A stretch of DNA of 32,000 nt from Pseudodesulfovibrio piezophilus C1TLV30 (GTDB lineage Bacteria > Desulfobacterota > Desulfovibrionia > Desulfovibrionales > Desulfovibrionaceae): the NCBI RefSeq assembly GCF_000341895.1, contig NC_020409.1:2280001-2312000 (forward strand). The letters run 5' to 3'. Made by a program: the position numbers and the translations under genes. Shown here piece by piece: positions 14,994 to 24,119 of this stretch. Below the pieces are notes generated by a model. It ran no database searches. It was not told where the DNA came from and saw only the letters and a list, made by a program, of their open reading frames with translations. Every line of letters begins with the position of its first letter. Position 1 is the stretch's first letter.

Positions 14994-16802
14994 TTAGCGC
15001 GTGGCGTACCGTTCGATTTTAGACTTGTAGGCAAGGATGCCATCCACGATACCACGAGCGAGGTACTCCTGGTACGCCTTGCTGTTGAGCCGTTTGGCCT
15101 CGGTAGGGTTGGTGATATAGCCCAGTTCCACCAACACGGAAGGCATCTTCGCGCCCATAAGGACATAAAAAGGTGCTTCTCGGGTTCCCATGTTCTTGAG
15201 TTGCCATTTACGACGAACACGGGAAATCGTGTTGCTCTGCACATCCGAGGCAAGGTCGCGACTTTCCTTGATCTTGGAATTGACCATCAGGTCGGTCAGG
15301 ATAAACTGAAGGTCGGAAATGGAGCGCGGGTCAACGGCATTCTCTCGGGCTGCGATACGCACGGCATCCTTGCTCTTGGCAAGGTTGAGGCTATACGTTT
15401 CAAGCCCATGCGCTTTGCTGGTTCGGCTGGCATTACAATGGATGGAGACGAACAGGTCCGCTTTCTTGACGTTGGCGATGGCTGTGCGTTGTTCAAGGGG
15501 GATGAAGACATCCGTTGTCCGGGTATAATGAATTGTGAACCCTTTTTCCTTGAGCTTGGAACCGAGGAGCTTTGCGAAGCGGAGATTGAGATCCTTCTCA
15601 CGCAAACCATTGGCCACAGCGCCAGGGTCCTTGCCGCCGTGACCTGCGTCGATCATGATGGTCTTAACCGTCAGGCCCAGCTGTTCCAGCAAATCTCCGG
15701 CCTGGCTTTTACTGCCCTTCGGCGGGCGGTATTTGCTGTTTTGCGTGGTCACCTTATGTGAAGTCGAGGATTGGGCCTTCCTCGCCGTAACGGTTCCCTC
15801 TTCCGGTGAATAGACGTCGATGACGATGCGGTAGGGATTATCCAGTGGAAAAATCTTGTATTCCTGCATGGACAGGAAATCGAGGACAACACGAGTGGTG
15901 TCGGCATTGTACTGCCCGGTACGAATGGACCGCAAAATACCATCCGAAACTTCCGTGGAGGCGGTGACATCATGCCCCAGGCGTGACCCTTGTATATCGA
16001 CATACAGACGGTGAGGACGGCCGACAGCAGGGTTGGGAGCAAGGACTTGATAGCGATATTTGACCCGGCCATCGAGTTCGAGCACCACACGGGTGTACTC
16101 GTCACTGGACTTGAAACGAACAGTGTCCAGATGAGCCAGACCACTCGGATCTTTCACCGGAGTAATGCTTTTCCCGCCACTGGAGTGACTGCTTTTCTTT
16201 CTGGTCGATCTGGAAGCACTGGCCGAGGAGATTTTGGTTTTTTTCCCACTGACCTTGGCAATGGCTTTCTCATACCCGCCAAGCTTTCTGAGATATTCCT
16301 TGGCCTTTCCATGCATATCGGAACGGGGGAAATCCACAATGATCTTGGCAAGATCAAGTCGGGCGTTGCCCTTCTCCCCGAGACGGCGGGCATAAATATC
16401 GGCTCGGCGGTACAGGCAATCATCTGCCCAACCATGACGGGGGTAGCGAGCCTCCACACGGCCGAAGTAATCCACGGCCCGGCGAAAATCAGACTTGAGT
16501 CCGCTCTGTTTTCCCAGTTCCTCATAGACCCGCCCTATGTAATAGAGAGATTTGGGCGCATAGGAACCATTGGGATCAGCCTTGAGGCATCGGGAAAATT
16601 TTCTTTCAACCTTCTCCCAATTGGAGCGGTATTTTTTTTTGGTACGGGTTTTGAGGAGCGAATGAAAATCGGAATGGCCGTCGAGAAAATAGGATTTCGC
16701 AGACAAGGCCAAGGCATCTGTCGCGCACAGGGAAAGAGCCGCGAGCGCCAGAAGCAACAAAACGGGGGCAGTATGGTGTCGTAATAAATAAAGCGGTTTC
16801 AT
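14994..16802 (-). CDS. N-acetylmuramoyl-L-alanine amidase (AmiC-like) with signal peptide, N-terminal TPR/YbgF-like domain and AMIN domain
   Basis: Signal peptide ends in ALSLCATDALA. The TPR-like region contains YYIGRVYEELGK and RADIYARRLGEKGNA. An S/K-rich linker follows. The AMIN-like segment is VRFKSSDEYTRVVLELDG. Amidase_3 motifs are MIDAGHGGKDPGA, SIHCNA and VLVELGYITN. Confidence 0.85.
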   Translation of the reverse strand: MKPLYLLRHHTAPVLLLLALAALSLCATDALALSAKSYFLDGHSDFHSLLKTRTKKKYRSNWEKVERKFSRCLKADPNGSYAPKSLYYIGRVYEELGKQSGLKSDFRRAVDYFGRVEARYPRHGWADDCLYRRADIYARRLGEKGNARLDLAKIIVDFPRSDMHGKAKEYLRKLGGYEKAIAKVSGKKTKISSASASRSTRKKSSHSSGGKSITPVKDPSGLAHLDTVRFKSSDEYTRVVLELDGRVKYRYQVLAPNPAVGRPHRLYVDIQGSRLGHDVTASTEVSDGILRSIRTGQYNADTTRVVLDFLSMQEYKIFPLDNPYRIVIDVYSPEEGTVTARKAQSSTSHKVTTQNSKYRPPKGSKSQAGDLLEQLGLTVKTIMIDAGHGGKDPGAVANGLREKDLNLRFAKLLGSKLKEKGFTIHYTRTTDVFIPLEQRTAIANVKKADLFVSIHCNASRTSKAHGLETYSLNLAKSKDAVRIAARENAVDPRSISDLQFILTDLMVNSKIKESRDLASDVQSNTISRVRRKWQLKNMGTREAPFYVLMGAKMPSVLVELGYITNPTEAKRLNSKAYQEYLARGIVDGILAYKSKIERYATR

Positions 16803-17039
16803 GACTCGGCGTTACCGGGGCTTCTTTTTCTTCTCCCCTGGCTTCTCCGATCAGCACAGGGACAAACGTCCAAAGACTTACAGTTTCGACCCATTCTCAT
16901 GAAAAATCTAAAAAAAGTCCAGAGAAGAATCGCGAAGTCACAAAACCGAACACCATGACACGCCTCGATTCCGATCTTCTCCCAAGCCTCTTGATTCGTA
17001 TCCTGCGCGTTGCACCGCGAAAATCCACATCTCCAAGGA

Positions 17040-17789
17040 TCAGGCCACTCCGGTCAAAAGCCATCTGGCCCAATCGTCGCGTCCATTTTGACGAGCCAGT
17101 TCAGAGGCCGCCAGCCAATCATATTCAACAGCATGAAACGAGATGTCCCACCCAAAATCGACCTGCAGGACTACGGCATACCGGGCATGGGGGGAGCCGG
17201 ACTCCATGGCATGAGGCGGTATTGCATCCTGATAGGCCGGTAAACCGACGCTTCCGGGATTGAGCAGAGTCCGCCCACCACAAATGAGACTGCCGGGAAA
17301 GTGGCTGTGCCCGGCGAGAACCAGAGAACAGTCCCCGGCGAGAGGCAGGATGTCTTTCAAAATATCACGGCATTCCCGCATGACAGGATGCCCTGAAGAC
17401 ACTTCTTCGAGCAGATAGAGACAGTCGTTTCCAGGCGTACCATGGCAGAGCAGGACATCCCCATCCAGAAGACGAGTAGCCGGAAGCGTCCGTAACCAGC
17501 TCATTCCCTTTTTCCCCAGAGCAGAGACCGAGGCGCGAAATGCTGGGACATTCTGCCATTCAACACCACTCTCCAACAAGAGACGATCCTGATTCCCAAG
17601 AATGGTTGGTATGTCCCTATGCTCAAGCATCTGCCATGTGCTCCCGGGGTCCAGTGGACCGTAAAAAGAATCTCCCAGATTCACGAATTGATCGATCCCC
17701 TGTGCCTGGGCATGGGCAAAAACGGCTTCGAGGGCGTAGGCATTGCCATGTATGTCGGCAAGAACAGCCACTGGTTCAGAAAAATTCAT
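17040..17789 (-). CDS. metallophosphoesterase (calcineurin-like phosphoesterase family)
   Basis: Has VAVLADIHGN, NLGDSFYGP, LGNQD, LLCHGTP and LAGHSH, the canonical MPE motif series. I chose the ATG at 17789 (MNFSEPVAVLADIHGN) over the longer ORF start at 17948. Confidence 0.8.
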   Translation of the reverse strand: MNFSEPVAVLADIHGNAYALEAVFAHAQAQGIDQFVNLGDSFYGPLDPGSTWQMLEHRDIPTILGNQDRLLLESGVEWQNVPAFRASVSALGKKGMSWLRTLPATRLLDGDVLLCHGTPGNDCLYLLEEVSSGHPVMRECRDILKDILPLAGDCSLVLAGHSHFPGSLICGGRTLLNPGSVGLPAYQDAIPPHAMESGSPHARYAVVLQVDFGWDISFHAVEYDWLAASELARQNGRDDWARWLLTGVA

Positions 17790-17937
17790 CTGGTGAGTAT
17801 TGGACAAAATGCCCCTCAAGGCAAGAAATTCAACAGGACGCGGAGAGAGGGCAGGCTTTACTCTCGGCCCACAACTCTTTACAGAAGGCATGGCACCAAG
17901 CGAAGATTCGAATCCGCCGCCATTCAAAGGAGATATT

Positions 17938-19704
17938 TTGGCCCGCAATCAGAAACTGCATTACATGGGAAATCGGTACCTGCTTAAGCGCAGTATCAGC
18001 TATTTTTCTTCTTACAAGCTTCGGGTGGTGATCGCCACCGTCGCCATGCTTCTCTATGCTCCTATTGCCCCTGCCTTGGGTTGGTTGACAAAATACGTCA
18101 CCGATGAAGTGCTCATTGCCCGCGACATAGAGACCCTCAAGCTGTGTATTTTCGGCCTGCTTTTTCTGATAATCACGAAAGGCATTCTCCAGTTTTTTCA
18201 AGTCTACGTCATGAACTCAACAGGTATCCTGGTGCTCAAGGACATGCGCCGGGATCTCTTTGACAAGATCATCCGCCTCCCCATGCCCTTTTTTGCCGAA
18301 AGTGAAATAGGCATGCTCATGAGCCGTGTCGTCAGTGATGTGGTCGCCGTTCGCCAATGCCTGCCAAGCGTGATCATGTTCGTGCGCCAGGTCTTTACTC
18401 TTCTTGGGCTTATCGGGACAGTCATCTATCTGGATGCCTACCTTGCTTTCTGGAGCCTTGTGGTCATGCCCATCGCCATGTACCCGATCATTTTCTTCGG
18501 CAAGAAGGTCAGGAAATACGGCCGAAAAATGCAGTCGGAATTATCCGGGGTCAACGTGGTCCTGGAAGAATCGTTCTCCGGTATCAAGGTCATCAAGGCC
18601 TTTGCCAACGAGTGCCGCGAAAGTTTCCGATTCAATGTGGAAAACAAAAAACTCTGCAATGCCATCATCCGGCAGATATTCTACAGCGAAAGCTCCTCGC
18701 GCGTCATGGATTTCGTCTCTGCCGGAGCCGGGGCCGCCGTACTCTGGATCGGCGGTTCCCGTGTCATAGCGGGGATTATCACTCCCGGAGACCTGACCGC
18801 ATTTCTGGTCTGCCTGGTCCAACTGTATGAACCTGTCAAAAAAATAAACATGTCAAACAACCAGATCCAACAGGGTCTGGCCGGAGCCGAACGCGTCTTC
18901 GACATCTTCGACTCCCCGGAGATTCTCATGGAAGAATCCGGGAATATCGAATTCAACGGCACGCTTGCAGAACTCAAATTCGACAACATCCACTTTTCCT
19001 ACCCCAACGCCCAGAAAGCCGCGCTCGACGGAGTTTCCCTCTCCATCGAAGCAGGGCAGCGTGTAGCCGTTGTCGGCCCGAGCGGGTCAGGCAAGACGAC
19101 CCTGGTCAATCTCCTGCCCCGTTTCTATTCCCCGCAGCAGGGGGACATTACCCTCAATGGGGTGCCTTTGCAGGATTATACTCTGCCAAGCCTGCGCCTT
19201 GGCCTCGGCCTGGTATCCCAGGACACGTTCCTGTTTAATGACACCATCAAGGCCAACATCGCCTATGCTCGCGAAGAGTATGACCAGGCTGAAGTCGAAA
19301 AAGCGGCCAAAGCGGCCTTTGCCCATGATTTCATCATGGAAATGCCTGAAGGGTACGACACCATCGTCGGAGAGGGCGGAGTCAAAATTTCCGGCGGACA
19401 GAAGCAGCGCCTGACCATTGCCCGCGCCATCATGAAAAATCCGCCCCTGCTTATTCTCGACGAAGCCACAAGCGCTCTGGACACCGAATCGGAACGAGTG
19501 GTCCAGGAAGCATTGGAAAACCTCATGCAGGGCCGGACATCCATTGTCATTGCGCACCGACTGTCCACTATCCTGACGGCCGATGTCATCGTCGTCATGG
19601 AACACGGACGCATCATTGCCACGGGAACCCATACCGAGCTACTCGCTGCATGTCCGCTCTATGACCGTCTCTACAAGATGCAATTTGACGATATTACGGA
19701 ATAA
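17938..19704 (+). CDS. ABC transporter, fused permease/ATPase (MsbA-like exporter)
   Basis: Six-TM N-terminal half. Walker A is GPSGSGKTT, the signature is ISGGQKQRLTIARA, and Walker B is LLILDEATSALD. The start is uncertain: an in-frame TTG at 17938 has AAAGGAG 5 nt upstream, while the ATG at 17965 has no Shine-Dalgarno. The ORF-track start at 17800 is unlikely. Confidence 0.85.
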   Translation: MARNQKLHYMGNRYLLKRSISYFSSYKLRVVIATVAMLLYAPIAPALGWLTKYVTDEVLIARDIETLKLCIFGLLFLIITKGILQFFQVYVMNSTGILVLKDMRRDLFDKIIRLPMPFFAESEIGMLMSRVVSDVVAVRQCLPSVIMFVRQVFTLLGLIGTVIYLDAYLAFWSLVVMPIAMYPIIFFGKKVRKYGRKMQSELSGVNVVLEESFSGIKVIKAFANECRESFRFNVENKKLCNAIIRQIFYSESSSRVMDFVSAGAGAAVLWIGGSRVIAGIITPGDLTAFLVCLVQLYEPVKKINMSNNQIQQGLAGAERVFDIFDSPEILMEESGNIEFNGTLAELKFDNIHFSYPNAQKAALDGVSLSIEAGQRVAVVGPSGSGKTTLVNLLPRFYSPQQGDITLNGVPLQDYTLPSLRLGLGLVSQDTFLFNDTIKANIAYAREEYDQAEVEKAAKAAFAHDFIMEMPEGYDTIVGEGGVKISGGQKQRLTIARAIMKNPPLLILDEATSALDTESERVVQEALENLMQGRTSIVIAHRLSTILTADVIVVMEHGRIIATGTHTELLAACPLYDRLYKMQFDDITE

Positions 19705-19818
19705 GCTCCCCGGAGACTTGCACAATCACGTTGAATAAGACTGGCGCATTTTGATTCCGGCATGTAGGGTGAAGGCACTTAACAGTGTATAGTATAGACA
19801 ATACCGACATCAGAGATC

Positions 19819-20295
19819 ATGCAGCCCCTTGTCGTCAACATATCAGACATGAAGTTCTCGACCAATCCCGAGGACATCATTATCACCTATTCCCTGGGGT
19901 CTTGCCTCGGTGTCACCGCCTATGACCCCAAGGCCAGAATCGGAGGCATGGTACACTGTCTGCTTCCCACATCCAATACGGCCAGGGAAAAAGCCCGAGA
20001 CAATCCATTCATGTTCGTCAACACAGGCGTGGTGATGATGGTCCAGCAGCTTATCAGCGCCGGAGCAGCAAAGAACCGGTTGATCTTCAAGGCCGCTGGC
20101 GGGGCGAACATGCGCAACGACAACCTGTTCAACACCGGCGCGCGAAACTTCGCCGCCCTTGAAAAACTTTTCCAGCGCAATGAAGTCAGACTGACAGCCA
20201 ACAATGTCGGCGGGACAATTCCAAGAACATTGCTCCTGCACCTTGACACCGGCCGAGTGATCGTCCGTTCATTTGGGGAGGATGTGGAGATATGA
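19819..20295 (+). CDS. cheD: chemoreceptor glutamine deamidase CheD
   Basis: Length is 158 aa. TYSLGSCLGVTAYD carries the catalytic Cys region and GGMVHCLLP carries the catalytic His region. The C-terminal NVGGTIPRTL segment is typical of CheD. Confidence 0.85.
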   Translation: MQPLVVNISDMKFSTNPEDIIITYSLGSCLGVTAYDPKARIGGMVHCLLPTSNTAREKARDNPFMFVNTGVVMMVQQLISAGAAKNRLIFKAAGGANMRNDNLFNTGARNFAALEKLFQRNEVRLTANNVGGTIPRTLLLHLDTGRVIVRSFGEDVEI

Positions 20296-21164
20296 CAAGA
20301 CGCGATGAAATACTTGAACGCATTTCCGAGGTCGTGGCCATTCCGTCCTGTGCCCAGAAAGCCGCTGCCCTGCTCGGTGATCCCGATGCCGACTTCGATG
20401 AATTGGCTCGGATTATCGAATACGATCCCGGCCTGACCGCCAATCTGCTCAAGGTGGTCAACGCTTCATTCTTCAGCGGCGGCACCAGTGCCATGCGGAC
20501 CAGCCAGGAAGCCATCAAGCGACTCGGAACGACCCAGGTGCTTCAATTTGTTATCTCCACAGGAGTCGCTCCGTCCTTTGTCAGGAAGATAGAAGGCTAT
20601 GACCTCTCTCCCACCATGCATCTGCAACATTCCGTTACCGTGGCTCTCTCTGCTCAGGAACTGGGCACAGTTCTCGGTCTCAATCCACCGGATTATACCT
20701 TCACTGCCGGGTTGCTTTCAGGTATCGGGAAGACATTGCTGGGAGCCTATGTTCAGGTCAATGCCCACCCCATTCTGGATCTCGCCATGGAGCACGGCCT
20801 GAGTTTTGATCAGGCCGAAGACAAGATTCTCGGTATCAATCATGCGGAGCTTGGCGGCCTTGTTCTCGAATCCTGGGGGCTTCCCAAAGAAATCACCGAT
20901 GTTGTGCGTCACCATCTCCGCCCTGATGAATTCGGGCAGGAAAGCCTGGTGCTTGACCTGGTTCACATCGGCAATGTTCTGGCAAAAATGATCGGTGTCG
21001 GCCTTGGCGTGGATGGACTGAATTACGCGCCTTCCCATATCGTGGCGGAAAGACTCAAGCTCACCCCTGAAATCCTGGATATTGTCTCGGCCAATGTCGT
21101 CAGCAGTCTTGACAGCCTCTGGGACCTTTTTCTCGAATGCGCCGAGGAAGCCTGCCCCATCTAA
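20292..21164 (+). CDS. stand-alone HDOD domain protein
   Basis: LARIIEYDPGLTANLLKVVNASFF and GINHAELGGLVLESWGLPKEITDVVRHHL match the HDOD (HD-related output domain) pattern. Its ATG overlaps the cheD TGA (ATGA at 20292-20295). Confidence 0.8.
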   Translation: MTRRDEILERISEVVAIPSCAQKAAALLGDPDADFDELARIIEYDPGLTANLLKVVNASFFSGGTSAMRTSQEAIKRLGTTQVLQFVISTGVAPSFVRKIEGYDLSPTMHLQHSVTVALSAQELGTVLGLNPPDYTFTAGLLSGIGKTLLGAYVQVNAHPILDLAMEHGLSFDQAEDKILGINHAELGGLVLESWGLPKEITDVVRHHLRPDEFGQESLVLDLVHIGNVLAKMIGVGLGVDGLNYAPSHIVAERLKLTPEILDIVSANVVSSLDSLWDLFLECAEEACPI

Positions 21165-21192
21165 CTTCTCCCTCGTGCCTGAAAACGAAAAA

Positions 21193-21232
21193 ATCAGTTC
21201 CGGCGCACATCTTCATGAACGCAGGAACTGAT
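21193..21232 (-). terminator. hairpin with U-tract downstream of the cyclophilin gene
   Basis: ATCAGTTCC ... GGAACTGAT, a 9-bp stem with a 22-nt partly self-pairing loop. On the minus strand it is followed by TTTTTCGTTTTC. Confidence 0.5.
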
Positions 21233-21313
21233 ATACTATGCAGCGTACGGGGAGATGGGCCGAGACCGGATCAGAAACATCTCGCTCCTGCTCCGAACCA
21301 ATCCCCGTCCACG

Positions 21314-21994
21314 CTATTTGGCGCGATAGATTTTCTTGATATAGACGGGATTGACGGGCACATCGGTGTATCTTCCCATTTGCGTAGTTTTGGCGCTTTG
21401 AATCTTGACCAGTGTATCCCACCCGCGAATGACTTTACCAAAAGCACAATATCCCCTGCGGGTTTTGGTGTTGTTCCTTCGTTCAATATATTTTTTATTC
21501 ATGGTTGACGGGTTCAACGCCGGGTTATCTTCCATATTGAAAAAGAACTGACAGGTTGCCGAATCAGGGTCATTGGCACGGGCCATGGCAATGGTTCCCT
21601 TGTCATTTTGCAAACCCAACATGTCCTCATTTTCAATAGGTGCCCAAAGTGGATACTTTAAACGCAAAGGAGGAAAGGTAAATCCGCCGCCCTGGACAAT
21701 ATTGATCACATTGGCTTTGGCAGCCTTTCCCTTGACCTCCTCAATATCCTCCTTGATGACCCTGTGGAAAATGGTCCCCTCATAGAAACCGGCGTCCACA
21801 TAGCGCAGGAAATTCTCTACTGTTATCGGCGCTTCGCTGGGATAAAGCATGACAATGACCCTGCCCGCCGTGGTATCCATGATAACGACAGGATTCGGTC
21901 CGGCGGCAACGGCTTTTGACAGGGACATGCCCGGTCCGAAAAGAAACGCCGCCAGCAGCAGTGTGAAAGAAAGAACGAATTTGAACGATTTCAT
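21314..21994 (-). CDS. periplasmic cyclophilin-type peptidyl-prolyl cis-trans isomerase
   Basis: The signal peptide is MKSFKFVLSFTLLLAAFLFGPGMSLSKAVA. Cyclophilin motifs are APITVENFLRYVDAGFYEGTIFHRVI, VQGGGF and GTIAMARANDPDSATCQFFF. The ATG at 21994 has an AAGGTGA Shine-Dalgarno; the alternative ATG at 22009 does not. Confidence 0.8.
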   Translation of the reverse strand: MKSFKFVLSFTLLLAAFLFGPGMSLSKAVAAGPNPVVIMDTTAGRVIVMLYPSEAPITVENFLRYVDAGFYEGTIFHRVIKEDIEEVKGKAAKANVINIVQGGGFTFPPLRLKYPLWAPIENEDMLGLQNDKGTIAMARANDPDSATCQFFFNMEDNPALNPSTMNKKYIERRNNTKTRRGYCAFGKVIRGWDTLVKIQSAKTTQMGRYTDVPVNPVYIKKIYRAK

Positions 21995-22108
21995 ACCAAT
22001 CACCTTCATTATTACTGTTTCAGCAAGTCATACAAAAGACTGTCCATCTCTTCAAGAAAGAGACGCTGCCAGGAAGAAAAAGAGTTGCGTCTTCCCACAC
22101 TGTTTCGA

Positions 22109-22927
22109 TCAGGCCGGAGCCTGACCGAGGGCACAGAGCAAGAGCGCCCTGGCTCCGGCTTCATCCATGTCTTTTCCCGTCCAGAGACGGAACTGGGCCA
22201 ATCCCTGATGCAGAAACATTTCCAGCCCGGACACTGTGCCGCATCCGACTGCAGCAGCCTCTCTGAGGAGCCTCGTTTCCAATGGATTATAAACAATGTC
22301 ATACACTGTGCATCCGGCAGGAAAACGTTTCGCATCCCACGGTGAAAACGTTTCCATAGTCCCGGACATACCAAGCGGCGTGGTATTGCAAATCAGGGCG
22401 GGTTCTTCTTCCATACGGGATTCCCAGGCAACGGCACGGATGGAAAATTCCTCGGCAAGCGCCTCGGCTTTCTCCCCTGTCCGGTTGGCGATGGCGATAT
22501 CCGCAATGCCCAATTCCTTGAAGCCGACAACAGCCGCCCGAGCAGCCCCCCCTGCTCCCAGTATCATGGCCGAGGCTGGCAACGGCTGCATGTGACGCAG
22601 AGGAGCAATAAGGCCGAGGACATCCGTGTTCTCGCCACACAGCTTGCCCTCATCCCAATACAGAGTATTCACGGCACCGACACGCACGGCTCGATCAGTC
22701 ATGTGGTCGAGAAATTCCATCACCGTCCGCTTGTGCGGGATGGTCACACTCAGCCCGAGGAAAGGTTCATCCCGAACCCGTCGCATGAAATCAGGGATTT
22801 GATCCGGCTCCAGAGGGTAGGCTGCATATGCCGCGTCTGCCCCTGATTGCCTGAACCCCCAGTTATGCAAAGTCGGACTCATCGTATGCCCCAGAGGCCA
22901 GCCGATAATACCGTAAAGACCGCTCAT
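22109..22927 (-). CDS. aroE: shikimate dehydrogenase
   Basis: The N-terminus is YGIIGWPLGHTMSPTLHNWGF. It also has a LGAGGAARA Rossmann motif and NTTPLGM. AGGAG Shine-Dalgarno upstream. Confidence 0.9.
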   Translation of the reverse strand: MSGLYGIIGWPLGHTMSPTLHNWGFRQSGADAAYAAYPLEPDQIPDFMRRVRDEPFLGLSVTIPHKRTVMEFLDHMTDRAVRVGAVNTLYWDEGKLCGENTDVLGLIAPLRHMQPLPASAMILGAGGAARAAVVGFKELGIADIAIANRTGEKAEALAEEFSIRAVAWESRMEEEPALICNTTPLGMSGTMETFSPWDAKRFPAGCTVYDIVYNPLETRLLREAAAVGCGTVSGLEMFLHQGLAQFRLWTGKDMDEAGARALLLCALGQAPA

Positions 22928-22942
22928 GATATGCTCTCCTGA

Positions 22943-23869
22943 CTAAAGCGCTTCACTCTTTTCGAGAGACCCTACTGCCACGCCGGTCCAGTCATCGCCC
23001 ATTTCCTTGAGATTGGGCTTGAGCATCTTGGAGAGCACACCCTTGGGACCGACTTCGATGAACTCGCGTACGCCGGTGCCATACATGGCCTGAAGAGTCT
23101 GAATCCAGAGCACCGACGAGGTCATCTGCCGCTGCATGACGTCCATGACCCTGTCCGCGTCAGGCTCAGGAAGGGCAGTGGCATTGTGAAAAACAGGAAA
23201 GGCGGGTGCTTCCCAGGCAAGCCCCTCGAGGAAACAGGCAAAATCATCAGCCGCCTCCTGAATGAGCGGGCTGTGAAACGCACCGGAAACAGCAAGGGCT
23301 ATGGCACGTCCCTTGGATTCTTTGACCTGGGCTGAAGCAATGTCCAGGGCTTCCTTCTCGCCGCTGATAACAAACTGGGCAGGGGTATTGTAGTTGGCCA
23401 CACGCAATTCCCTACCGGTCTCCCGGATGGCGGATTCAACGATGGTTTCAACCGTCCCCTGGGGAAGCTTGACAATGGCGACCATACCATGCCCGGATTG
23501 ACCCGCCTCGGCCATGAGACGGCCGCGAAGGGTCACTGCCTTGATCGCGTCCTCCATGCCGAGTACACCGGCAGCGGCCAGAGCAGCGAATTCTCCCAGA
23601 CTGTGACCGGCTGTTGCCACGGGCGTCACCTTGTTACGAACAGTCAGCCACAGGGAAAGGTTGGCCACGGTCAGGGCGGGTTGCAAGGCTCGTGTGTCGG
23701 CCATATCTTCAGCTTCCCCATCCCAGTAGATTTCACGCAACGGCAGGCAGGATTCGGACTCGGCCAACTTCCAGAGCGCGAGAGCTTCTGCATTGTGCTC
23801 CGCCACATCCTTGCCCATGCCTTTTTCCTGAGACCCCTGTCCCGGAAACAATATCGCTTTTCCAGTCAT
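22943..23869 (-). CDS. fabD: malonyl-CoA:ACP transacylase
   Basis: Has FPGQGSQEKGMG, the AGHSLGEFAAL active-site Ser, and SGAFHSPL. I chose the ATG at 23869, preceded by an AAGGAG Shine-Dalgarno, over the ORF start at 23950. Confidence 0.9.
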   Translation of the reverse strand: MTGKAILFPGQGSQEKGMGKDVAEHNAEALALWKLAESESCLPLREIYWDGEAEDMADTRALQPALTVANLSLWLTVRNKVTPVATAGHSLGEFAALAAAGVLGMEDAIKAVTLRGRLMAEAGQSGHGMVAIVKLPQGTVETIVESAIRETGRELRVANYNTPAQFVISGEKEALDIASAQVKESKGRAIALAVSGAFHSPLIQEAADDFACFLEGLAWEAPAFPVFHNATALPEPDADRVMDVMQRQMTSSVLWIQTLQAMYGTGVREFIEVGPKGVLSKMLKPNLKEMGDDWTGVAVGSLEKSEAL

Positions 23870-24119
23870 TGTTTTCTCCTTGAAAAATAAGAATCCGGCG
23901 GGCTGATACCGGGCCTGTTCATGACCAACAACGAAATCGCTCTTTGCCACAACACCCGAAAGACCGCACGGCGCGTGAGGAAACTACCCATAATCAGCCA
24001 ATGCCGCAAGTCATGGGAAGCCAAGGGAGTCCCGCATTGTACCGACCGGCAAAGTCTGGTAATTCTCAATTCGAACGCTGCCCGAAAATACTCTGGCGCA
24101 TCAAAACCTTGGACAGACG

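Noticed and set aside
16880-16960. 19-codon hydrophobic mini-ORF (MVFGFVTSRFFSGLFLDFS) on the minus strand between the metallophosphoesterase and the amidase.
   Set aside because: It has no Shine-Dalgarno, and it is short enough to arise by chance in a T-rich stretch. There is no supporting context.
17891-17910. Perfect sigma-54 -24 element TGGCAC upstream of the ABC exporter.
   Set aside because: The -12 position reads GAAG instead of TTGC (TGGCAC-caagc-GAAG), so the bipartite promoter is not present.
17907-17915. TTCGAATCC string resembling a tRNA T-loop, in the spacer between the metallophosphoesterase and the ABC exporter.
   Set aside because: The flanking bases (GAAGA / GCCGC) cannot form a T-stem, and no acceptor, D or anticodon arms can be drawn on either strand.
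19770-19818. Possible FliA (sigma-28) promoter upstream of cheD (TTAAC ... CCGACA) and a tandem TATAG-TATAG.
   Set aside because: The spacing between the putative -35 and -10 elements is about 20 nt instead of about 15, and both hexamers are poor matches. This is too weak to report as a feature.
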